32,000 nt of DNA. Origin: Vulcanisaeta distributa DSM 14429 (GTDB taxonomy: Archaea; Thermoproteota; Thermoprotei; Thermoproteales; Thermocladiaceae). The stretch spans positions 930,001-962,000 of the forward strand of contig NC_014537.1 of assembly GCF_000148385.1 (NCBI RefSeq), read 5' to 3'. Under the pieces are notes generated by a model that saw only the letters and a list, made by a program, of their open reading frames with translations, made no database searches and was not told the DNA's origin. This document shows positions 9,430 to 16,934 of the stretch, in pieces; position 1 is the stretch's first letter; each line of letters opens with the position of its first letter. Made by a program: the position numbers and the translations under genes.

Positions 9430-9830
9430 GGAGGTACATTCGATGCCTAATTGAACACGGCCATAGGATTAACTCAGCCGTACTCTTCGGTTCACGCGCA
9501 AGGGATGATTGGCTGATTAATAGCGACATTGATTTATTAATTATAATCCTGAACTCAGAAAAGAGCTTCCTAGAGAGGGTTCGCGAATTCACGACTTGTT
9601 GGAACTTGGGAATAGCCCTCGAGGTCTTCCCGTACACGGTCGATGAGATTAAGAGGTTAATGAATAAGGGATCTATTGCATTATACGATGCGTTGGACTA
9701 CGGTATCGTGATTTACGATGATGGAACCTTTGAGAAGCTGAGGGAAGTATTTAGGAAAGCCGTTAATGAGGGTATCATTAGGAGGATTGGTGGTTGGTGG
9801 ACAATACCTGAGAGGCCAATTATTGATTAA
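9402..9830 (+). CDS. minimal nucleotidyltransferase (MNT) partner of HEPN
   Basis: Pol-beta-type NTase signature LFGSRARDDWLINSDIDLLII. The gene overlaps the HEPN gene by 28 nt on the same strand. Confidence 0.8.
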   Translation: MGEEVIHELRRYIRCLIEHGHRINSAVLFGSRARDDWLINSDIDLLIIILNSEKSFLERVREFTTCWNLGIALEVFPYTVDEIKRLMNKGSIALYDALDYGIVIYDDGTFEKLREVFRKAVNEGIIRRIGGWWTIPERPIID

Positions 9831-9843
9831 TGGTAATGAGTAT

Positions 9844-9879
9844 TTTAAGTGAACAGCCGGAGTAAAAAAGATCCACAAT
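9844..9879 (+). promoter_or_regulatory. conserved upstream module, copy A (TTTAAGTGAACAGCCGGAGTAAAAAAGATCCACAAT)
   Basis: 26 nt (9844..9869) are identical to 12144..12169. The 15-nt core TGAACAGCCGGAGTA (9850..9864) is also identical at 23695..23709. An A-run follows the core about 20-30 nt before the ATG at 9891, which is TATA-box spacing for a leaderless mRNA. Confidence 0.7.
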
Positions 9880-9890
9880 GAAACTTAGTA

Positions 9891-10850
9891 ATGATGGGCA
9901 TGGACTTAAAATGGAAGAAGATAGGCATTATAACGATACCGGCGGTGCTCGCTATAGTAATGATTACAATACTGGCAGCATATACTATGAACCCAATGCA
10001 GGCATATAACTCCTTAACACCGGCATATGTATTTAACGTAGTCGCAAACTTCAGCGATGGAGGTATTAACCAGACAATGATGCAGGAAATGATTAGGAAC
10101 ACTGTCAATAGTGCACTACGTGGGTTCATTACCTTAAATAAGCCACCCTACCCAGTAGTTAATGTTAAGCTCTTCAAAAATACGTTGGTCACGTTCCAAC
10201 TACCCAGCAATTATAGGTATCGATATGCATCAATCGTGGTTCATAACGATACCTTATACGTGTACTTATGGAATAATGCGAATAATTATAAGTTATACGC
10301 TATTGTAAGACGCCCAATAGCCAGCGTGAAGATAGAAATTATTTACCCACGTGAGGGAAACTTCACACCCGTTGGCGTATTAGGGGTTGAGAAGTTCTCC
10401 GTCCCATTGCCTGGATTAAACAGTGCCGATGATCCGGAGGTGTATTTTGAATATTATGAGGCCTTATGGTACATTGGTAATCAGCTTGCTGCTAATACTA
10501 CGGCCGCTGGCTGGTTCTTCATAAACCTAGGAGTTTCCGTTGAGAGCATATTAGATGATGGTCATGCCCAGCCGGGATTTGGCTATGCACTATGTACGAC
10601 AAACGCGCCAGGGACTAATTATGGCGTTGGATCTATCGCTGCGCAAACGCAGACCGATGCAGGTTATGCGTTTTATGATTGCGGATTCACCGTTGTATTG
10701 AGTAACTGGCCTTGGGTTGGTATGGACGCTAACGGCAATGTTTACTACCCAACATCATTCCCAGGTGCTAAGTCCATACAAGCTGCATGCATATGCACTG
10801 GTGCATCATTTTACTTCCAAGCACCACCTCCTTTACCTGGTGAGGATTAA
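9891..10850 (+). CDS. membrane-anchored secreted protein P1 (319 aa), unknown family
   Basis: It starts MMGM, followed by the anchor IGIITIPAVLAIVMITILAAY. The ectodomain is rich in Y/N/G/T/A and carries several NxS/T sequons. Preceded by conserved module copy A. Confidence 0.7.
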   Translation: MMGMDLKWKKIGIITIPAVLAIVMITILAAYTMNPMQAYNSLTPAYVFNVVANFSDGGINQTMMQEMIRNTVNSALRGFITLNKPPYPVVNVKLFKNTLVTFQLPSNYRYRYASIVVHNDTLYVYLWNNANNYKLYAIVRRPIASVKIEIIYPREGNFTPVGVLGVEKFSVPLPGLNSADDPEVYFEYYEALWYIGNQLAANTTAAGWFFINLGVSVESILDDGHAQPGFGYALCTTNAPGTNYGVGSIAAQTQTDAGYAFYDCGFTVVLSNWPWVGMDANGNVYYPTSFPGAKSIQAACICTGASFYFQAPPPLPGED

Positions 10851-10889
10851 TTAGTTAATATTTAATAAAGCATTAAAAATATTAAAGTT

Positions 10890-11441
10890 TTAAGGGGCCT
10901 CAAACGTTATACTCTCGTAATTGCCAACTTTAAGGCCCTTCTTAACCGTTAACCTCAGTATATTCCCACTACCCAGTATGGAACCCTCTCCGGCGAATTC
11001 ATACTCAATGATCTTAAAGCCCGGTGGAAAGAGCCAAACGATCTCATAATCATACTCAGCAACCTCCTCCTCATAATAATCCTCATACCTATTAACACCA
11101 CGCCTCAAATTACCCTTGAAGTATATGTAAAACTCGAGGTAGGGCCTATCGAAGGAACCCCTGAAGCCGAGGCTTACATCAATAACCCTAGCCTTAACAA
11201 CCTCACCGTTAATCTTAATCGTCTCCTCATCTAGAAAACCCTGCATATTCTCCATGATGGTCCTCAACTCATTGAGTAAGCCCTCCCTATCCCTAAGCAG
11301 GTTCTTGTAATAACGATCTTTATCCAGGTACTCAAAGATTAAACTCTCCCAAACACCACCGTCAACCCCCATTGTGAATATTCCCTCAGCATGTATCGGC
11401 ACCGGCTCACTCATTGAAATTAGGTTCCTCAGCAAGTTCAA
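10890..11441 (-). CDS. hypothetical cytoplasmic protein (183 aa; start possibly at the internal Met 27 nt downstream)
   Basis: Coding-like, E/Y/K/G-rich, with no TM segment and no recognisable motif. Confidence 0.45.
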   Translation of the reverse strand: MNLLRNLISMSEPVPIHAEGIFTMGVDGGVWESLIFEYLDKDRYYKNLLRDREGLLNELRTIMENMQGFLDEETIKINGEVVKARVIDVSLGFRGSFDRPYLEFYIYFKGNLRRGVNRYEDYYEEEVAEYDYEIVWLFPPGFKIIEYEFAGEGSILGSGNILRLTVKKGLKVGNYESITFEAP

Positions 11442-11493
11442 AAGCCTTGTTATGGATTTGACAGGGCCTAAATAGGATTTATTAATGGCTTGA

Positions 11494-12096
11494 TTGCTAA
11501 TTACTTCTGTGGATGAGCTTATTTACGTGATTAGCCTATTGATTACGATAATAGCCTACCTGGCTGCACTCACGTATTGGTTAGGTAGGAGGTTTGAGGG
11601 TATTGATTGGAGGTTTAGGGATTTGGAGGAGAGATTGAGTAATAGGATTAGGGAGGTGGAGATTAAGCTGGAGGGGAGGATTAGTAATTTAGAAAATAGA
11701 ATTAATAATCTGGAGAATAGGATAGACGGCTTGGAAAATAAAATGAGAAGCTTAGAGAGTGGTCTTAAGTCAGCGCTTGTTAATGTTAACTCGCTCCTTA
11801 TTGAGTATATGGGGCTTAAGGGCTTGTTCTCCCCGGACGAGGTTAGGGTGTTGACTAATGAGGTGGGTAGGGTCGTTGACATGGTTAGGGCTAACCCAAT
11901 CAGTAAGGAGGAGCTCGAGTTCATAAAGTCCGTGTTCTCCAAGGACCCTGATCAAATGAGTATTGAGGAGCTTGAGAGGGTCATTGAGATCGCAAAGCGT
12001 TGGTGGGAGGACAATTCCGAAATAGCCTTCAAGGTCTTTCAAGTGGCCAGTATAGTAAGGGCGTATAAATTGTACGGAAAGAAGAAACAACAATGA
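11494..12096 (+). CDS. N-terminally anchored coiled-coil protein with heptad (LENRIxx) repeats
   Basis: TTG start, with GTG 11512 as an alternative. TM helix LIYVISLLITIIAYLAALTYWL. This is followed by about 50 aa of heptads (RFRDLEERLSNRIREVEIKLEGRISNLENRINNLENRIDGLENKMRSLESGLKS) and a helical C-terminal domain. Confidence 0.6.
   Translation: MLITSVDELIYVISLLITIIAYLAALTYWLGRRFEGIDWRFRDLEERLSNRIREVEIKLEGRISNLENRINNLENRIDGLENKMRSLESGLKSALVNVNSLLIEYMGLKGLFSPDEVRVLTNEVGRVVDMVRANPISKEELEFIKSVFSKDPDQMSIEELERVIEIAKRWWEDNSEIAFKVFQVASIVRAYKLYGKKKQQ
11686..11769 (+). repeat. four tandem 21-bp (7-codon) units inside the coiled-coil gene
   Basis: The four units are aatttagaaaatagaattaat, aatctggagaataggatagac, ggcttggaaaataaaatgaga and agcttagagagtggtcttaag. 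They encode NLENRIN, NLENRID, GLENKMR and SLESGLK. Confidence 0.7.
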
Positions 12097-12143
12097 ACGA
12101 ACTTAAATTAAGCATATTAATACACAGTTTATCACTCGGTCAA

Positions 12144-12178
12144 TTTAAGTGAACAGCCGGAGTAAAAAAATCCGCAAT
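12144..12178 (+). promoter_or_regulatory. conserved upstream module, copy B (TTTAAGTGAACAGCCGGAGTAAAAAAATCCGCAAT)
   Basis: Near-identical to copy A. The core starts 39 nt before the ATG at 12189. The start region AATGATGGGTATG matches AATGATGGGCATG of copy A. Confidence 0.7.
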
Positions 12179-12188
12179 AGGTTCAGCA

Positions 12189-13601
12189 ATGATGGGTATG
12201 TTTAGGGTCGGCTATGTGATTACGGCTATAATAATTGCCGCAATCCTCACAGCAATGGTAGTAACCCTCATAATGCACGGGATGACTCACCATAAGTTAT
12301 TAAATCAACAATATACGTACCTAACGGAGCTCCTTGAGGGGGTCCCAACACCGAGTGTATGCATTGTTAGTTATGGGGCAAGCCCATATATAGGCAACTT
12401 AACGGCAAATCTCGGTAAGTTAGGAGTGCCATATGTGGTAATGAATATCATAACCAACGAGTCAGTAAGTAAGTGCAACATGCTGGTTATGAGTACAGAA
12501 TGGCTCAATCAGTTCGGCAGTAACTACAAGCCAGTGATAATATATGCCCTGGAAAGCGGTATTCCGGTCGAGGCTGTGGGGCCAAATGCCGGTAACACAT
12601 TGCTTAACGTGATTGGTGATTTCATAAGTAAGAAGGCAGCTGTAATTGTCGGTGTACCGACAGGCCATGACAAGCAACTAAAGCCTGAAGTACCAAGTAG
12701 CGTCACCGCACTGGGCATAGTTATGATACCGCTCAAAAACGCTACTAGGTTACCCACCGGCTGGAGTATATACGAGGGTGTACCAGCGAGTAATGTAACG
12801 TACACCGTGTTAAAGACTTGGAGGGAATATAACGAGGCGCTCAGTAAGGTTAAGTCACCATTAGTGCTACCGTTCCCATTATTAACCACAGCATTACCTC
12901 CCAAGATCCTCTTCCAGACATCAGGGTATTCATTACAGGTAAATATACAGGGCTTTAATTATGTGGGTTACATAGGGCCTTATCAAACACAATACTACGA
13001 TTGGTTTGGAAATCTAGCCGGCGAACAGGAGCTTAGGGTTGATTTCTACTATACCACTGCGAACAACTATTATTTCTTCTTAAATTTAATTAAGCATGGC
13101 GTAATTGCTTTTAATCCTCCGGATCCATCGACATCGTTTATACCATGCTATGCAGGTGAAGGCGTTAACGCATATTCAACGGAATATCCTGGACGGGTAT
13201 GGTTCCAAGCAGCCCCCACAGGCTCTGCAACAAGCCAAAAAACAATATCTTACTCAATTGGAACTAATACAGCTAGTGTTACCGTTACTGAATACATTAC
13301 GTCAGGCGCAGTTGGTTGGAACTATCTCGGTCTATGGACTGAGGGACAGGATACGTGGAGATGGAATTTCCAGAACCCAAGTACCGAGACCACGTACGAG
13401 TTAGTACCCGGGGATATTTGGCAATTAGATCCATCAAAACCAGGCGGTTATCCGCCTCTTTATGAGACAATCAATGCCACGGCCGGTGTTGCTAATATTG
13501 AATGGTGGCCTGGTAATTACCTATGCAATTACATGTCTCCAATCAGCGTTACCGTCGATGTATATCCAACGTATGTCCATGTACTTCAGGTAAATACGTA
13601 A
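12189..13601 (+). CDS. membrane-anchored secreted protein P2 (470 aa), two-domain, unknown family
   Basis: It starts MMGM, followed by the anchor VGYVITAIIIAAILTAMVVTLIM. The N-domain is collinear by eye with that of P3. The C-terminal region is aromatic/Gly/Thr-rich, with sequons throughout. Preceded by module copy B. Confidence 0.7.
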   Translation: MMGMFRVGYVITAIIIAAILTAMVVTLIMHGMTHHKLLNQQYTYLTELLEGVPTPSVCIVSYGASPYIGNLTANLGKLGVPYVVMNIITNESVSKCNMLVMSTEWLNQFGSNYKPVIIYALESGIPVEAVGPNAGNTLLNVIGDFISKKAAVIVGVPTGHDKQLKPEVPSSVTALGIVMIPLKNATRLPTGWSIYEGVPASNVTYTVLKTWREYNEALSKVKSPLVLPFPLLTTALPPKILFQTSGYSLQVNIQGFNYVGYIGPYQTQYYDWFGNLAGEQELRVDFYYTTANNYYFFLNLIKHGVIAFNPPDPSTSFIPCYAGEGVNAYSTEYPGRVWFQAAPTGSATSQKTISYSIGTNTASVTVTEYITSGAVGWNYLGLWTEGQDTWRWNFQNPSTETTYELVPGDIWQLDPSKPGGYPPLYETINATAGVANIEWWPGNYLCNYMSPISVTVDVYPTYVHVLQVNT

Positions 13602-13652
13602 TTGTATAGGTTTGGCAGAATAAATAAAGTTAAATTATGTTTGGGTCTAATA

Positions 13653-14264
13653 TTAAGTAATACGTAGTGATTCTATGTAGTTTGTTACTCCGGTTAGTAT
13701 CATTCCTATGGCTAGTGCGGCTATTATTAGGCTCATGAACCTGCCCAGGACCTTAAGCGTGTTACTGCCCAGTCTCTTTAGTAGTGGTTGTGAGAACCTA
13801 ATCACTAGGTACGTGAAGGCTGAGCTCAGTAATGCCGCTATTATGACCTCGTAGATTGGGTATAGTGCCGAGAAGAGTATTAGCTCGGTTATTGTGCCTG
13901 GACCAACAAGTAGTGGCGTCACTATCGGCACTAACACGAATTCCTCAGGCTCCTTAACAGTGCCAACAGCCCTGGGTCCACCAGCCATGAGGGTCTCCAT
14001 GGCTATGCCCATGAGCAACACGCCACCCGCTATCCTAAATGCGTCGAGGTTTACGCCGAAGGCCTGCAGTATATACCTACCGCCGACGGCGAATATCACC
14101 ATTAGTAGCGGTACGCTGATACCAACCAGTTGGTAAACCCTCCTTAACTGTTCCGGTTCCATATTTATTATGTATATGGATAGTGTTGGTATTGCGCCTA
14201 TTGGGTTGAGTATTGCTATTAATTGCCCCGTCATGTTTAGAATATCTATTAGGGCTCCTGGCAC
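13653..14264 (-). CDS. MarC-family (UPF0056) integral membrane protein
   Basis: It has LNPIGAIP near the N-terminus, FRIAGGVLLMGIAMETL and LLVGPGTIT, with a six-TM layout. Confidence 0.75.
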   Translation of the reverse strand: MPGALIDILNMTGQLIAILNPIGAIPTLSIYIINMEPEQLRRVYQLVGISVPLLMVIFAVGGRYILQAFGVNLDAFRIAGGVLLMGIAMETLMAGGPRAVGTVKEPEEFVLVPIVTPLLVGPGTITELILFSALYPIYEVIIAALLSSAFTYLVIRFSQPLLKRLGSNTLKVLGRFMSLIIAALAIGMILTGVTNYIESLRIT

Positions 14265-14415
14265 GGATAATTAACGCCTAATCACTATAATAACCTTTCA
14301 CTGAGTCATTTCATCATCACGATGCTCAGTGGGGGGCAAGCGGCTCATTAATCACCAATGCAGTAATTAATGCGTAAAAACCCATTTATAGTCCTTACGG
14401 TATTGAGTGTTGACG

Positions 14416-14463
14416 GTGATGATGAGTTGGGAACCGACCAATGACGAGGGGTATCCTAACTGA
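14416..14463 (+). ncRNA. candidate archaeal C/D-box sRNA
   Basis: The box order and spacing match the compact archaeal architecture. C box GTGATGA is at 14416-22, followed by 11 nt. D' CCGA is at 14434-37, followed by 3 nt. C' ATGACGA is at 14441-47, followed by exactly 12 nt, then D CTGA at 14460-63. D' and C' each carry one mismatch, and there is no clear terminal stem. Confidence 0.3.
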
Positions 14464-14544
14464 TTTTGATGCTCATCACCTCAGCAAGGATAGCATTCTT
14501 CATTTTTATCGAGCCGGTCCGTACTCATCACTTAAAGAACTACC

Positions 14545-15744
14545 TTACTTCTCGCCGTACTTCCTCCTTAAAATCTTTGCCGCCTCGGTCATTGAACGTA
14601 CCTTGGAGAAGGCTATCCTCCTCTCAAACTTCCTATACATACCAGGTGCAAATCCACAGTCTGGGTTCAGCCATATCCTCCTTGGGTCAAGAACTCCCAC
14701 GACCCTCTCAACCCTCTGTACCACAGTTTGTGGATCCTCAACCTGTGGATTCCTAACGTCAATTACGCCGAGACCAAGCTCCTTATCGCTGGGCAAGTCC
14801 TTCGCAAAGACGGCTGGGTCACCACTACCTGGACTTGCATACTCAAGCACGTACTGCTTAACCTTTATGTCGTAGACCTCCGGGGCTAGTCTCTCAAAGC
14901 CGATTCCGTAAAATGGCGAGTCTGGGTTTGGCCACCTATCCATGTGCATCCCTATCCTAACACCATCAATTCCCTTTATCGCCTCATTTATTAAGTCCCT
15001 AGCCAGGTAAAGCTCGTTCTTGAACCCTCTATATTTCTGCCCATGTATTGCCTCAATGACCTTCCTATACCTATCAGGCTCGTTCTCCCTAGCCTCCACT
15101 AAGTCGCCAAGCATTGGTTCATCAAGTTGAATGAAGTCCACACCGGCATCCCTAAGCCTAATTATCTCCTGCCTAAGCACCTTAATGTAGTCCTGGGCGA
15201 GATCCTCGGGCTGTGGGTACACTTGCCTTGAGTACTTGGCATCCCAGGTCTCCCACATAATTAGGTACGGGCTTGGTAATGTGACCTTTATCCTCCTATC
15301 CGTGACAGACCTCGTGAATTTAAACTCATCAAGCGCTATCACGGAATCCCTAATCTGCTCAACAGCCACAGCCCTCCAGTAGGTTAACTGGGCCTTGTAC
15401 TGCTTCATTATTTCTATTGCCTTCGGGTTAATGTCCGTTACGTAGATCAACTTAAACCCAGGTATTTTCTGGCCGACAAATGCCACGAAGCTGGTCCTCC
15501 TCTGCTCCCCATCAGTTATGACGTCCAGGCCTGCAAGCTCCTCCTCCTTAACCGTCAACTTAACCGCATCGTCTAAGTACTCATCAAGCTCCTCCTTACT
15601 AATCTCGCCCTTATTATACCTATCAAAGGCCTCAATTAACCACTTAGGCCTTGGGAAGCTACCGACTACCGACGTCGTGAAGGTAAGCTCCTGCATTACC
15701 CAATACGGATTACTTAGTTTATAAAGTATTACGCCAAAACCCAA
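14545..15744 (-). CDS. cobalamin-independent methionine-synthase-like methyltransferase (MetE C-terminal-domain family)
   Basis: It has TTSVVGSFPRPKWL, DVITDGEQRR, IQLDEP and WLNPDCGFA, which are Zn/homocysteine-site style motifs. The TTG start at 15744 is uncertain, with an alternative ATG at 15696. Confidence 0.75.
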   Translation of the reverse strand: MGFGVILYKLSNPYWVMQELTFTTSVVGSFPRPKWLIEAFDRYNKGEISKEELDEYLDDAVKLTVKEEELAGLDVITDGEQRRTSFVAFVGQKIPGFKLIYVTDINPKAIEIMKQYKAQLTYWRAVAVEQIRDSVIALDEFKFTRSVTDRRIKVTLPSPYLIMWETWDAKYSRQVYPQPEDLAQDYIKVLRQEIIRLRDAGVDFIQLDEPMLGDLVEARENEPDRYRKVIEAIHGQKYRGFKNELYLARDLINEAIKGIDGVRIGMHMDRWPNPDSPFYGIGFERLAPEVYDIKVKQYVLEYASPGSGDPAVFAKDLPSDKELGLGVIDVRNPQVEDPQTVVQRVERVVGVLDPRRIWLNPDCGFAPGMYRKFERRIAFSKVRSMTEAAKILRRKYGEK

Positions 15745-15783
15745 CGTAGGAAAGTGTAATTATTTAGAGTCTATAAATTAAGC

Positions 15784-16881
15784 TTAAGGCGCCGGCCCAA
15801 TACCAGCAACCTTCGGGTATGGCCTGGCCTCCCAAACAGCCCTTAAACCGCACACGTACCTTGTCAACCTCTCCACACCAATGCCAAAGCCCGCGGTCTT
15901 CAGTGGGTATAATTCCCTAAGCATCTCCAGATACCACCTATACTTATTTGGGTCCTCACCACCCTCCCTCATCCTGGCAATGACCTTTATTGGTTCATAC
16001 TCACGCTCAGCGCCACTAATGGCCTCGCCAAAGCCCTCCGGGTATAGCATGTCGAAGTCCCTGAGTATGCCGGGCCTCTGTGGGTCCTCCCTGTCGTAGA
16101 ATCCCCTGGCACCCTTTGGGTAATCAATTATGAAGAACGGGTTCTCATGATAAGCAGAAAGAAGCTTCTCACACTCCCACCTAATTTCCGTGTTTGGTGG
16201 GTTCTTACAACCGAGTTCATTGACGAGTTCCACGGCCTCCTTATGCGTGTACCTCCTAAACGGCTTCTTAAAGTCTGGGAGTTGCCTGTTGAGCTTTGTC
16301 TCAAGCTCTTTACCGTAGTTATCCTTAACCCTCTTAATCACATATATTATCATGTCCTCAGCAAGGTCAATCACTTGATCGTAGGTCGCGCCATAAACCT
16401 CGAGGTCAAGTTGATAAAACTCAACGAGGTGCCTACCGGTGAAGACGCTGTCATTTGGTTCAAACCTAATGTTTGGGCTTAGGAAGTATATCTTACCAAG
16501 CGACGCTGCCATGTACTGTTTATAGAGTATGGCGCTAGACATTACCTTATACTCCATGCCATAGAAATCCACCGTGGCCTGCTTCGCACCCCTAATCCCT
16601 GGATCGGTCACTGGGCCGATTATTGGCGCCAAGACCTCAGTAAAACCTCTTGAATTGAGGAAATCCCTTAACGCATCTATTATCTCGGCCTGAACCTTAA
16701 AGACGAGCTTATACTTATCCTCCCTAGCCCACCTCCATGAATGGGCAAGCCACTCCTTAAGGAATTCCAAGTACTTACCCTGGTCACTCACCATTTTTTC
16801 AAACTCCAGAACAGCGGGATAAAAGTAGGGTTCCTTCCTCTCTGGCCACTTATCCATATGCAAAACCCCAAGCCGTATCAC
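15784..16881 (-). CDS. class-II aminoacyl-tRNA-synthetase-like catalytic core without anticodon-binding domain; probable archaeal asparagine synthetase A-type paralogue
   Basis: Motif-2-like RHLVEFYQLDLE and motif-3 AGFGIGVERLTRYVCG, with AsnRS/AspRS flavour. 365 aa with no N-terminal OB fold. Confidence 0.55.
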   Translation of the reverse strand: MIRLGVLHMDKWPERKEPYFYPAVLEFEKMVSDQGKYLEFLKEWLAHSWRWAREDKYKLVFKVQAEIIDALRDFLNSRGFTEVLAPIIGPVTDPGIRGAKQATVDFYGMEYKVMSSAILYKQYMAASLGKIYFLSPNIRFEPNDSVFTGRHLVEFYQLDLEVYGATYDQVIDLAEDMIIYVIKRVKDNYGKELETKLNRQLPDFKKPFRRYTHKEAVELVNELGCKNPPNTEIRWECEKLLSAYHENPFFIIDYPKGARGFYDREDPQRPGILRDFDMLYPEGFGEAISGAEREYEPIKVIARMREGGEDPNKYRWYLEMLRELYPLKTAGFGIGVERLTRYVCGLRAVWEARPYPKVAGIGPAP

Positions 16882-16934
16882 CTTTTAAGCATGCCTTAAA
16901 AAATAACAATAAGAATCGTATTATAATCGGCGTA

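Noticed and set aside
9888-9897. AATGATGGG at the starts of P1, P2 and P3 as a C-box-like element of an sRNA spanning the start codon.
   Set aside because: It does not match RUGAUGA, and no D box lies at the proper distance. Conservation is better explained by the shared promoter and leaderless start context.
13684-13698. TTACTCCGGTTAGTA inside the marC 3' end partly matches the reverse complement of the conserved module (TACTCCGGCTGTTCA).
   Set aside because: Only about 8 contiguous nt match. It lies within coding sequence and is not positioned before any gene start.
14299-14331. Hairpin CACTGAG-N19-CTCAGTG upstream of marC. A second inverted repeat, GGTGATGA..G / CTCATCACC, brackets 14415-14480.
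   Set aside because: These are short stems that could arise by chance. The first lies in the marC promoter region. The second is better explained by, or competes with, the C/D-box candidate. No independent support.
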